Shown here piece after piece: positions 1-8,638 of a DNA stretch of 37,811 nt. The first letter of the stretch is position 1; every line of letters starts with the position of its first letter. Under the pieces are notes generated by a model. It did no database searches and was not told where the DNA came from. It saw only the letters and a program-made list of their open reading frames with translations. Position numbers and translations under genes: made by a program. Origin of the DNA: Armatimonadota bacterium (GTDB lineage Bacteria > Armatimonadota > UBA10988); the NCBI GenBank assembly GCA_016235455.1, contig JACRKZ010000148.1, positions 1-37,811 on the forward strand. Reading direction: 5' to 3'.

Positions 1-1646
1 GCGGTGAGGGCGTCGGCGGTGTTCGTGTAGCCCTGGCCCACCACGCAGGCGCCCATGCGGTGCAGGCCACCGTCGAGCGCGGCGCGTCCGCGCTCCAGGC
101 AGTCGTCGGTCAGCAGACTGGCCAGGAGGAATGAGCACTCCTCGGCGAGTGCCGCGTAGACCCGGCGGTAGGTCTTGGCCGCCAGCCCCAGCGCGAACGC
201 CACCTGCTGCTCGAAAGCGTTGTACAGGCGCTCGAACGTGTCGAACTCGCCCAGCTCGCCGGTGGTCAGCCCGATCAACTCGCCGTGCACGTTGCGGCCG
301 TTATGCAGCACGGCCTCCAGCGCCTTGGGCACGTTGAAGCCCACGAGGATCGGCGTGGGGCTGCCGCCGGCCAGCGTGTACTCTCCGCAGCCGAACGGAT
401 GGTAGCGCAGCGCCGTCTCGGGCGAGACGTTCAGCGAGCGCTCTACCCCCGGCAGAATGGCGTCGTCGTTGTACAGCAGCGGGAACGAGCAGCCGTCGCC
501 GAGCGCGTCGAGCGCGGCAGCCATCAGCTCCGGCGCCTGGCCCTGGCAGTGGCGCATGGTGAACTGCGGGGTGACGTCGCGGTGCGCGCGCGCGGTGCGC
601 AGCACGGCCAGCGCCAGCCGGTCGGCGTCACGCTCGTTGACCCGGCCGCGTCCGCCAACCACGATGCGGTCGCTGAACGGCGAGCCATCGCGCGCCATGT
701 GGCGCCACAGTGCGGCGAGCAGTTCGTCGGCCTCCTGCGGCGTGCAGGCGCCGCTATCGACATCGTGCGCGTAGAACCCGCCGAACAGCTCATCAAAGCG
801 CGGGAACTCGGCCAGGTCGGCATTGACGATGGTGTAGATCCAGGCCAGTTGCAGCGCCTCGCGCAGTGTCCGCGGCGGACGCTGGGTGATGGCGGCCATC
901 ACCTCGGCCAGGGCCGACATGCGCTCGCGCGTGGCGGCGTCGGCCGCTGAGGCGGCCAGGTCGCGGGCCTGGCGCTCATAGTGCGCACAGACGTCGATCA
1001 GCAGTTGCAGCGCCAGCGCGAGCCCATCGTGGAAGCCCGTGTCGCCGCCCGCGGCATGCACCGAGGCGCGCTTGGCCTCGACCAGCGCCACCAGGCCGGG
1101 GATGCCGCCGCCCAGCAGCCGGCCGAACTCCAGCGTGATGCTGCACCCGTTGCTGCCCCCGCCGACCATGAAGCCGCCGCCGGGCAGGTGGCCGGTCGGC
1201 GTGTCGCTCGGGGCGAACTGCACATAGGTGTGCATCTCGCTGTCCCACTTGGCGCGGAACTTGGCGTTGCCGCACTCGGTGGCCCAGAAGGCCTCCAACT
1301 CGGCGACGATGGCCCGCTCGGCCTCGGTCTGGCCAGCGCGCGCCGAGGCGCCGAAGTCGAAGCAGTAGCCGCCCTGCTTGCCGGCTGACGTGCGCTCGGG
1401 GAAGGTGCCCCAGATGTGATGCGAGAACGCCACCAGCGACGGCTTGGGCACGCGGCCCGCGAAGGTGTCTTCACCGGCCAGATCGCGCAGCAGCCGGGGG
1501 AACTGCACCCTTAGGCACATCGCCTCGCGCACCGCGCGATGGGCGCCGGCGTGGGCCCGGTAGCACTCCGTGAACTCCTGGGCAAAGGCGATCATCGGGT
1601 CGATGGCGGCGCCGGCAGAGCCGGAGGGAAGCGTCTCGATAGCCAT
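1..1646 (-). CDS. Glycyl radical enzyme, pyruvate formate-lyase-like family (runs off the left edge; C-terminal glycyl-radical domain is outside the window)
   Basis: Hand translation from ATG 1646 gives an open frame to the edge: MAIETLPSGSAGAAIDPMIAFAQEFTECY...PPRTLREALQLAWIY...FPLLYNDDAILPG...YHPFGCGEY...GYTNTADALT. These match PFL/GRE motifs (PxTxxEALQ, the Cys loop GCxE, NxADSL). Absent from the ORF track because the stop is outside the window. Confidence 0.9.
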   Translation of the reverse strand, partial: MAIETLPSGSAGAAIDPMIAFAQEFTECYRAHAGAHRAVREAMCLRVQFPRLLRDLAGEDTFAGRVPKPSLVAFSHHIWGTFPERTSAGKQGGYCFDFGASARAGQTEAERAIVAELEAFWATECGNAKFRAKWDSEMHTYVQFAPSDTPTGHLPGGGFMVGGGSNGCSITLEFGRLLGGGIPGLVALVEAKRASVHAAGGDTGFHDGLALALQLLIDVCAHYERQARDLAASAADAATRERMSALAEVMAAITQRPPRTLREALQLAWIYTIVNADLAEFPRFDELFGGFYAHDVDSGACTPQEADELLAALWRHMARDGSPFSDRIVVGGRGRVNERDADRLALAVLRTARAHRDVTPQFTMRHCQGQAPELMAAALDALGDGCSFPLLYNDDAILPGVERSLNVSPETALRYHPFGCGEYTLAGGSPTPILVGFNVPKALEAVLHNGRNVHGELIGLTTGELGEFDTFERLYNAFEQQVAFALGLAAKTYRRVYAALAEECSFLLASLLTDDCLERGRAALDGGLHRMGACVVGQGYTNTADALT

Positions 1647-1708
1647 GGTGTGAACCTGCCTGCGCGCCCCGACAGGCCAGACCGCCGTGCCCACGCGCCT
1701 CGGCCCGG

Positions 1709-1738
1709 ATTGTGGCATGGCCGCGCAGGCGAAGTCAA
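1709..1738 (-). promoter_or_regulatory. Putative sigma70-type promoter for the glycyl radical enzyme
   Basis: Minus strand reads TTGACT-18 nt-CACAAT, with TG just before the -10 (extended -10), about 60 nt upstream of the ATG. Confidence 0.4.
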
Positions 1739-1772
1739 CGGCATTGCCCGACTGCATGCGCGCCTGTGTCGG

Positions 1773-3875
1773 CTAAGCGCCACCCGCCCCCAGAGCCGCG
1801 GCCACCTTGCTGGCCAGATCGGCCTTGCTGAATGGCTTCGGGATGAACTGCACGGCATCGGCGAGCACCCCGTGCTGCCCCAGCACATCCGATGGGTAGC
1901 CCGACATGAACACCACGCCCATGGCCGGCTGGCTGGGACGCAGTGCGTTGGCCAGATCTGCGCCGTTCATGCCGGGCATCACCACGTCGGTGATGAGCAG
2001 GGCGATGGCGCCGGGCCGCTGCTCGGCCAATGCCACGGCCTCCTGGGTGTCGGCCGTGGCGACGACCTGGTAGCCCAAGCCTTGCAGCTGGCGCGTGGTC
2101 ATGCGCAGCACCGCCGGCTCGTCCTCAACCAGCAGGATCAGCGTGTCGGCCGGCGGGCTCGCTGGGCCGGCCACCGCCGCGGGTATGTCGTCGGGCGTCG
2201 GAGGCGCGCTGTGGCGCGGGAGGTAGATGTCAAAGGTGGCACCGCGGCCCGGTGCGCTGGACACGGTGGTCGCGCCGCCGTTCTGCTCGACCGCGCCGTA
2301 GACCGTGGCCAGCCCCATGCCGCTGCCCTGGCCGAGGCCCTTGGTGCTGAAGAAGGGCTCGAAGACGCGTGCCATGGTGGCTTCGTCCATGCCGCAGCCG
2401 TCGTCGCTGACGGCCAGATGCACATAGTCGCCGGGCGGCGTCAGGGGCGAAGGGCCGCTCGGCGGATCGAAGGTGCGGTTGTCGGTCTCGATGACCACCC
2501 GACCGACGCCGGCGATGGCATCGCGCGCGTTGAGGCAGAGGTGGGTGAGGATCTGGTCGAGCTGGGCAGGATCCATCCTGACCGGCCACAAGCCCGCGCC
2601 GGGTCGCCAGTCGACCTGGATGTTCTCACCGATCAGCGGACAGAGCATCTGCAGAGTGCCGGCTACCGCGTCGTTGAGATCCAGCGCGCGGGGCACGACC
2701 GTCTGCTGGCGGGCGAAGGCCAGCAACTGCCGCGTTAGTGCCGCGGACCGCTGAGCGGCCTGCTGGACGTGCGCCAGGTCCTCTTGCAGAACGTCGTTGC
2801 CGTCAGCCTCGGCCTGGGCCAGCGCCAGTTCCACGTGCCCCTGGATAACCGCCAGCATGTTGTTGAAGTCGTGCGCCACGCCGCCGGCCAGGCGGCCGAT
2901 GGCCTCCATGCGCAACGCCGCATCGTCGCGCCGGCGAGCCGACGCGTCGCGGCAAATGCTCATGATGGCCGGCTCGCCGTACCAGGTGATGCGGCTGGCG
3001 CTCACCTCGATCGGCATGGTCGTGCCGTCGCCGCGGCGATGCGTGGTGCGGAAGCGCAGTGTGCCCTCGGCCATCAGGCTGGCGATGCGCCTGGCTATCT
3101 GGTTGGCTTCCTCGGGCGTGTCGAGGTCGGCGATCGACTTGTCGAGGAACTCCGCCTCTTCGTAACCGTACTGCTGGCAGGCGGCGGCGTTGGCGGCCAG
3201 CATCCGGCCCGACTGGCTGGACACCACGATGGCGTCACCGGCGCTGTCGAACAGCACGCGGTGCCGCTCCTCGCTCTCGCGCAGCTCGCGGACCGTGGCG
3301 GAGAGCCGACGCTGCTCCTCGTCGTAGCCGGCCAGCACCACCCACAGCATGATGATGCAACAGGCGTTGCCCAAGATGAAGCCCGACACCAGGTCCAGTA
3401 GCCGGTCGGCCTCCGAGGCGAACGGGACGCACCATTGGGGCTGGAAATGCTCGAGAAGATAGAGCCCGGTGCCGTTGACCATGAAGGCCAGCAGCGCCAG
3501 CCAGCGGGTGGCCCCGCCGAAGAACACGACCAGGTACAGCGCCGGCGCGAACAGGTACATCGAGACGCTGCTCACCGAGCCACCGTTGGCGAAGAACACA
3601 ACGTCGATCGTGCCCAGGAGCACGACGAAGTGGATGCCGGGCAGGTGGTGTCCGCGCCTGGCCAGTGCGTACAGGACGAGCGACAGCATCCCGAACGCGG
3701 CGAGGGCGGCATCCACAACAGGTGAAACGGTCTGCAGGGCGTTGAGCGGCACGATCACGAAGACCGTCATCACGAAACCGATGACGCACAAGGCGGGGTA
3801 GAGCTGCCTGCGCAGGTTGCCACTCACGCACATGGCCTCGTGAGTGCCGGTGGTGCCGCTGTGCCGATCCGCCAA
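1773..3875 (-). CDS. Membrane-bound PAS-domain hybrid sensor histidine kinase/response regulator
   Basis: N-terminal hydrophobic helices, a PAS domain, H-box AHDFNNML, HATPase motifs (NARDA, DDGCGM, GMGLATVYG) and a receiver domain (LLVEDE, ITDVVMP, KPF). The start may instead be ATG 3833. Confidence 0.92.
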   Translation of the reverse strand: MADRHSGTTGTHEAMCVSGNLRRQLYPALCVIGFVMTVFVIVPLNALQTVSPVVDAALAAFGMLSLVLYALARRGHHLPGIHFVVLLGTIDVVFFANGGSVSSVSMYLFAPALYLVVFFGGATRWLALLAFMVNGTGLYLLEHFQPQWCVPFASEADRLLDLVSGFILGNACCIIMLWVVLAGYDEEQRRLSATVRELRESEERHRVLFDSAGDAIVVSSQSGRMLAANAAACQQYGYEEAEFLDKSIADLDTPEEANQIARRIASLMAEGTLRFRTTHRRGDGTTMPIEVSASRITWYGEPAIMSICRDASARRRDDAALRMEAIGRLAGGVAHDFNNMLAVIQGHVELALAQAEADGNDVLQEDLAHVQQAAQRSAALTRQLLAFARQQTVVPRALDLNDAVAGTLQMLCPLIGENIQVDWRPGAGLWPVRMDPAQLDQILTHLCLNARDAIAGVGRVVIETDNRTFDPPSGPSPLTPPGDYVHLAVSDDGCGMDEATMARVFEPFFSTKGLGQGSGMGLATVYGAVEQNGGATTVSSAPGRGATFDIYLPRHSAPPTPDDIPAAVAGPASPPADTLILLVEDEPAVLRMTTRQLQGLGYQVVATADTQEAVALAEQRPGAIALLITDVVMPGMNGADLANALRPSQPAMGVVFMSGYPSDVLGQHGVLADAVQFIPKPFSKADLASKVAAALGAGGA

Positions 3876-4109
3876 GAATGTCGCTCCGAGTGCCGACGCC
3901 GCAACGGCGCCGACTCACGCCCGCCCCAGATGAGCGCAAGCCGCAGCGGGGCTTGCGGCGCCGATCCTACGACGAAGCAAGCCCGAGCGTCCAGAGCGGC
4001 GGCATTACCTTCGGTTCATACAGGCGAGCGCCCCAAGCGGCGCCGGCCACACGGCCTCGCCACCCTGGACGACGGACGTGTCGAGACATATCGGGGACGC
4101 ACCCTGTTC

Positions 4110-4139
4110 TTGACGATCGCGGCGCGGCCGTACTACACT
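4110..4139 (+). promoter_or_regulatory. Putative promoter giving a leaderless transposase mRNA
   Basis: TTGACG (4110-4115), 18 nt, TACACT (4134-4139). ATG 4146 follows the -10 after 6 nt and no Shine-Dalgarno is visible. Confidence 0.5.
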
Positions 4140-4145
4140 CGCCGC

Positions 4146-4814
4146 ATGCCTAGAGCCGCCCGAATCATCGTGCCCGGTCAGCCGCACCACCTCATGCAGC
4201 GTGGCAACCGCGACGCCGACGTCTTCATCGAGCCCGAGGATCGCGCCCGGTACCTCGAGCTGCTGGCCGACTGCGCCGGGCGGCACCAGATCGAGGTGAC
4301 GGGCTGGTGCCTGATGAGCAACCACATCCATCTGGTCGTGGTGCCACCGGACGCGGAGGCGCTGGGCCTGGCGCTACGGTCGCTGCACATGCGCTACGCG
4401 CAATGGCTCAACCGGCGCCAGGGCTGGAGTGGCCATGTGTGGCAAGGCCGCTTCTACTCCTGCGCGCTGGACGAGGCCTTTGGGCGGTCCGCGCTGCGCC
4501 ATGTCGAGCGGAATCCGCTGCGCGCGGGGCTGGTCGGGGCGGCCGAGGACTACCCTTGGAGCAGCGCCGCGCTGCACTGCGGCGTGCAGGACGCGGCATC
4601 GCCCGGTGCGTGCCAGCTCGAGGGCGTGACGCCCGAGGCCTGGCGCGAACTGCTGGCCACGCCGCTGCCCGAGGACGAGGCAAAACTGCTGCGGGCACGC
4701 ACGCGCAGCGGCCTGCCGTGCGGCGACGCCGCGTTTGTCGCGCGCGTGTCGGCGCTGGTCGGGCGGGAGCTCGTGGCGCGCGGGCCAGGACGTCCGCGGC
4801 GGCCGGAAGGATAG
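4146..4814 (+). mobile_element. REP-associated (RAYT-like) Y1 HUH transposase, 222 aa, probably catalytically dead
   Basis: MPRAARIIVPGQPHHLMQRGNR, HUH motif MSNHIHL, WQGRFYS, ERNPLRAG and YPWSS are typical of this family. The usual Tyr before V/IERNP is His (codon CAT, 4500-4502). Confidence 0.88.
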
Positions 4815-4857
4815 GGCGCCGCAGCGGCGAAAGCCGGCACATCGAAGGGAATAGCCC

Positions 4858-5031
4858 ATGCATGAAGACAAGCCCGAATTGACCGAAGTCCAGCACAAGC
4901 CGGCCTGGAGCCCACCGGTGGTCGTTGACCTCACGCACGCGCAACGAGGCGAGGGGTTCAGCTCTTGCCAGAACGGCAGCAGCGATGCCAGCGGCTGCGG
5001 CACAGGCACCTTGGGCAGCCCGATGGGCTAG
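4858..5031 (+). CDS. 57-aa putative RiPP precursor peptide (W-x-x-P leader motif; Cys/Gly/Ser-rich core)
   Basis: Purine-rich RBS GAAGGGA (4844-4850), ATG 4858, TAG 5029-5031. Translation: MHEDKPELTEVQHKPAWSPPVVVDLTHAQRGEGFSSCQNGSSDASGCGTGTLGSPMG. Confidence 0.7.
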   Translation: MHEDKPELTEVQHKPAWSPPVVVDLTHAQRGEGFSSCQNGSSDASGCGTGTLGSPMG

Positions 5032-5144
5032 CGGGCGGCGCGACCGGCCCTTGGGGCGCCGGCCTTGGGTCGGTGATGGACCGCCTTCGGCACCGGCACC
5101 ATGCGGCGCTGGGCGCGCCCGACCAGCCGCGGAGCCAAAGGCCC

Positions 5145-5840
5145 ATGCCAACAACGCCGCATATCGAGCACCACTTCGCGGCCAGCGACGCGGTGCGCGA
5201 CATCGTCATCGGCATGGCCGACGGGCTGACCGTGCCCTTCGCGCTGGCGGCTGGGCTGTCGGCGGCGGCGGTGGCCACGCATGTGGTGGTCACCGCGGGC
5301 CTGGCCGAGATCTCCGCCGGCGCCATTGCCATGGGGTTGGGCGGCTATCTGGCCGCTCGCAGCGATGCCGAACACTACGCCAACGAACGGCGGCGCGAGG
5401 AGGCCGAAACGGTCTCGGTGCCGGGAGTCGAGGCCGCTGAAGTGACCCGCATCTTCGAGTCCTATGGCATCGGCGCCGAGACCAGCGCGCCGGTCGTGGA
5501 GGCCTTGCGGCTCAACCCGGAGGCCTGGGTCGAGTTCATGATGCGCTTCGAGCTAGGGCTCGAGCAGCCCGAGCCCACGCGGGCCCGCAACAGCGCGCTG
5601 ACCATCGGTGGCGCCTACATCGTCGGCGGGCTGATCCCGTTGCTGCCCTACATGCTCCAGAGCCAGCTCATGGCCGCTCTGCGCAGTTCCGTGGTAGTGA
5701 CTCTGCTGGCGTTGGTGGTCTTTGGCTGGGTCAAGGGCCGGTTCGTCGGAGCGCCCGCGCTGCGTAGCGCGCTGCAGACCGCCTGCACGGGAGGGTTGGC
5801 GGCGGCCGCCGCGTTCGCGATTGCCCGGCTCATCGGCTGA
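5145..5840 (+). CDS. VIT1/CCC1 family Fe2+/Mn2+ transporter
   Basis: RDIVIGMADGLTVPFALAAGLS, AEISAGAIAMGLGGYLA and FMMRFELGL are VIT1 signatures. Start set at ATG 5145 (MPTTPHIEHHF). Confidence 0.93.
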   Translation: MPTTPHIEHHFAASDAVRDIVIGMADGLTVPFALAAGLSAAAVATHVVVTAGLAEISAGAIAMGLGGYLAARSDAEHYANERRREEAETVSVPGVEAAEVTRIFESYGIGAETSAPVVEALRLNPEAWVEFMMRFELGLEQPEPTRARNSALTIGGAYIVGGLIPLLPYMLQSQLMAALRSSVVVTLLALVVFGWVKGRFVGAPALRSALQTACTGGLAAAAAFAIARLIG

Positions 5841-5906
5841 GCCCCGAAGGACCCTGGCCGTGCGGGCCGAACCCGTCCGCCAGCGCCCTACGCGAAGGGA
5901 TCAACC

Positions 5907-7160
5907 ATGCGCCCGAAACTGCCACTGCTCCTGCTGACCACCGTCGTGGCGGCCCTGGCCCAAGCGGCCGATTGGGCGCCGACGCCCGACCCGGCCAAGG
6001 CCCAGGAGATCGCCTTCGGGGATCGGGCCATGGAGGTCTATCACCACGGCGTCAAGCCCGAATGGGGCTACCGGCAGGCCCAGCAGGACACCTTCGTCGT
6101 CATCCACCCCAAGACCGAACGCCGCGGCGCGCCACTCTATGTGGTGCTGCACAGTGCGGGCCACGACGTCTACTCCTGCGTCAAGTGCACCCAGCAGGTG
6201 GGTAACCACGACATCTACCACGCGCCCGATGATATGTACGCGCTGTACCTGGACTGCCGCGCCAACCAGGCGGTCGACTGGTGGTGGGGCGGCATGAACC
6301 CCAAGGTCGGCGGCAGCATGGAACGCAACTCGGGCGGCGTGCCCGGCCCGACCGAGCGCCGGGTCGTCGACACGGTGCGCTGGGCGATGGCGCACTATCA
6401 GATCGACCCCAACCGCGTCTACCTGTGCGGCAACTCCATGGGCGGCAGTGGCACGCTGGGCATCGGCCTGCGCAACGGTGACCTGTTCGCCGCGGTCAAG
6501 GCCAACGTGCCCGCCGGTATCGAGCATGTCTGCGACCGCATGTACTTCCCGCCGAAAGCCGTGCCGGCCGACCTGAAGCTGGCCGACCCGCCGGTGGTCA
6601 TCGACTACTCGGCGCAGAACGACGGCTGGTCGGATGGTCACGAGCTGTTCGTGAGCGGCATGAACGACCGGAAGTACGCGCTCTACTTCTACTGGGGGCC
6701 GTTCGGCCACGCCAACAACCACGCCCAGATCATGGGGGTCAACGACCTGATCAACTCGGTCGACTGGCTGAGTATCCCCAAGAACGCGGCCTACGCGGCG
6801 TTCACCAACGCGAGCAGCAACGACAAGCTGCCCTGGCCGGACAACCGCGCCGACAAGGCCGCGGGGCAGGTCAACGCCTGGTTCCGCTACCGCCCGCTAA
6901 GCGACACGGCGACCAAGGTGGAACTGGCGCTCTCACTGACCAGCGCCGACGACCTCAAGACCCGCTTCACCATCCCCACCGAGGCCACGGCCGACGTCAC
7001 GCTGCGTCGGCTGCAGAAGCTGCGGCTGAAGCCCGGCCAGACGGTCACCTGGACCTACGGCGCCGCGCGCGGACGGGTCACCGTGGCGGCGGATGGCGCG
7101 GTGACCGTGCCTGGGTTGCGGATTGGGGTGGAGGCCGTGACGCTGGCGGTGGCGCGGTAG
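5907..7160 (+). CDS. Secreted alpha/beta-hydrolase (esterase-like)
   Basis: Signal peptide, VVLHSAG, IDPNRVYLCGNSMGG nucleophile elbow (GxSxG); RBS AAGGGA upstream. Confidence 0.8.
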   Translation: MRPKLPLLLLTTVVAALAQAADWAPTPDPAKAQEIAFGDRAMEVYHHGVKPEWGYRQAQQDTFVVIHPKTERRGAPLYVVLHSAGHDVYSCVKCTQQVGNHDIYHAPDDMYALYLDCRANQAVDWWWGGMNPKVGGSMERNSGGVPGPTERRVVDTVRWAMAHYQIDPNRVYLCGNSMGGSGTLGIGLRNGDLFAAVKANVPAGIEHVCDRMYFPPKAVPADLKLADPPVVIDYSAQNDGWSDGHELFVSGMNDRKYALYFYWGPFGHANNHAQIMGVNDLINSVDWLSIPKNAAYAAFTNASSNDKLPWPDNRADKAAGQVNAWFRYRPLSDTATKVELALSLTSADDLKTRFTIPTEATADVTLRRLQKLRLKPGQTVTWTYGAARGRVTVAADGAVTVPGLRIGVEAVTLAVAR

Positions 7161-7188
7161 GGTGCTGGCCATCAAGTCTGCTCTGGGC

Positions 7189-7646
7189 GTGAGTAGGCGA
7201 ACCGACAGCCTGGCTGAGGAACTGGCGGCGCGGCTGGACAGCGCCAGAGCCGCTGAGCACCGGCCTGGCTGTGCGGCATCGTGTTGCTGGCGGCGCTAGG
7301 CTACTGGCGGCTGAAGGATGATGGGCCGATGAAGGCGGTTGGCGCCCGCTTCCTGACGGCCTTGGGAAGTGGCGACATCGCGGACGCGCTGCGCTACACC
7401 ACAGCCGAGTACCAGGCGAGCCGCAGCTTGGAAGCCCACCGCACGCACTTGGCCCAGCTCGGCCTTGTGGGCAACAAGGGCTTCGGTGCCGAGCGCTACT
7501 CGGCGCTGGGCCCGGGCCGACTGAGGTTTGTCGTCATCGGTGAGCAGGGGCAACCGGTGCCGGTGCTGCTGCGCTTTGCTCGGCGGGCCGACGGCCGGCG
7601 CGACGTGGCGGATGTCACCCCGTACGACCGCGCCGTGACGAGGTGA
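7189..7646 (+). pseudogene. Small membrane-anchored hypothetical protein, possibly frameshifted near 7260 (intact part 7281-7646)
   Basis: GTG 7189 reads MSRRTDSLAEELAARLDSARAAEHR, while the hydrophobic segment AWLCGIVLLAALGYWRL and the rest lie in another frame that has a TGA at 7254. Confidence 0.45.
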
Positions 7647-7801
7647 CGCGGCCTCGTCGGCACCATCGCGTTGTGTCCCCTCTGCCGCCCTCGACTCGTG
7701 ACAGCGGCGATCACGACACCTTAAGTCACACGCGCCCCGGCCGATATACCAGTCCAAGAAGGCCTGGGACGCGGGACGCGTCTCGGCAGTAAGGACGTGG
7801 C

Positions 7802-8308
7802 ATGAGAACAGTGCGCTTGCTTCCCCTGGTTGTGCTCTGCCTGCTCAGCGCCAGCGCCTGGGCGCTGAAGGTTGGCGACACCCCACCGGCTCTCACCGTG
7901 ACGCCGGCCAACCGGGCCGACGCCAAACCCGTCGACCTCGTGGCCGCGAACAAGGGCGATTGCGCCATTCTGTTCGTTACGTTCGAGACGCTCACCACCG
8001 ACAACGCCGCCAAGCTGACGGTGCTGACTGACGAGCTGTACAAGATCATGCGCAAGGGCGACGAGGACGACCTGCGGTTGTCCATCGTGGTCCTGGGCGA
8101 GGGCGACACTTTCGACGAGGACGTCAAGGAGTTCGCCGAGAAGGTCAAGCTGGCCCTGCCGATCTCGCCTTTGAAGGTGGATGACAAGGAACTGGCGGCG
8201 TGGGACATCCCCAAGGACCCGTCCGTCTTCACCGTGCTCGCCGGCGGCAAGGTCGAGAAGATCATCACCGACTACGACGCCATGGTCAAGGAACTGAGCG
8301 GGAAGTAG
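7802..8308 (+). CDS. Secreted redoxin/TlpA-like thioredoxin-fold protein without CxxC
   Basis: Signal peptide, then LKVGDTPPALTV, a typical redoxin N-terminus; RBS TAAGGA; GC-rich third codon positions. Confidence 0.65.
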   Translation: MRTVRLLPLVVLCLLSASAWALKVGDTPPALTVTPANRADAKPVDLVAANKGDCAILFVTFETLTTDNAAKLTVLTDELYKIMRKGDEDDLRLSIVVLGEGDTFDEDVKEFAEKVKLALPISPLKVDDKELAAWDIPKDPSVFTVLAGGKVEKIITDYDAMVKELSGK

Positions 8309-8638
8309 GCGACTCCGCCTGCTCCAACCTAGGTTGCCATCGCCCTTGAAGCGGCCCAATGCGCGTCGAGGCGACGATGAGAAGACCCGCCGCGGAGTTG
8401 GCAACAGCTCCGCGACCCGTCCAGGCCGCTCCGCGCCGAGTACCCACGGCGCGAGCGGCCTGGCCCCTTTGGGGCGTGCCGCCTACCACCTCAACGGGGC
8501 CGCAACCCTTTCCGGTGGGAGGACTTGGCCGCAAGCGCCCGAACACGTCCGGAAGCCTGTCGGGGTCACGAGGCGCGAGGGTGGGCGACGGGGTCGGCAG
8601 CTCCGCGCCGCCGACCAGCCAGTCCGCGGAGAACGAGC

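Noticed and set aside
3840-4145. N-terminal extensions in the ORF track (also from 4965, 8525, 15075, 19191, 31543, 32966 on plus and 24192, 35361 on minus)
   Set aside because: Low-complexity Arg/Pro/Ala-rich translations; downstream starts fit RBSs, signal peptides or family N-termini better.
4858-5031. Lasso-peptide interpretation of the small peptide
   Set aside because: Asp could fall at core position 7-9 if the core began at Ser35-Cys37, but the conserved Thr at leader position -2 is absent and no cyclase or peptidase gene is nearby. Less likely, not excluded.
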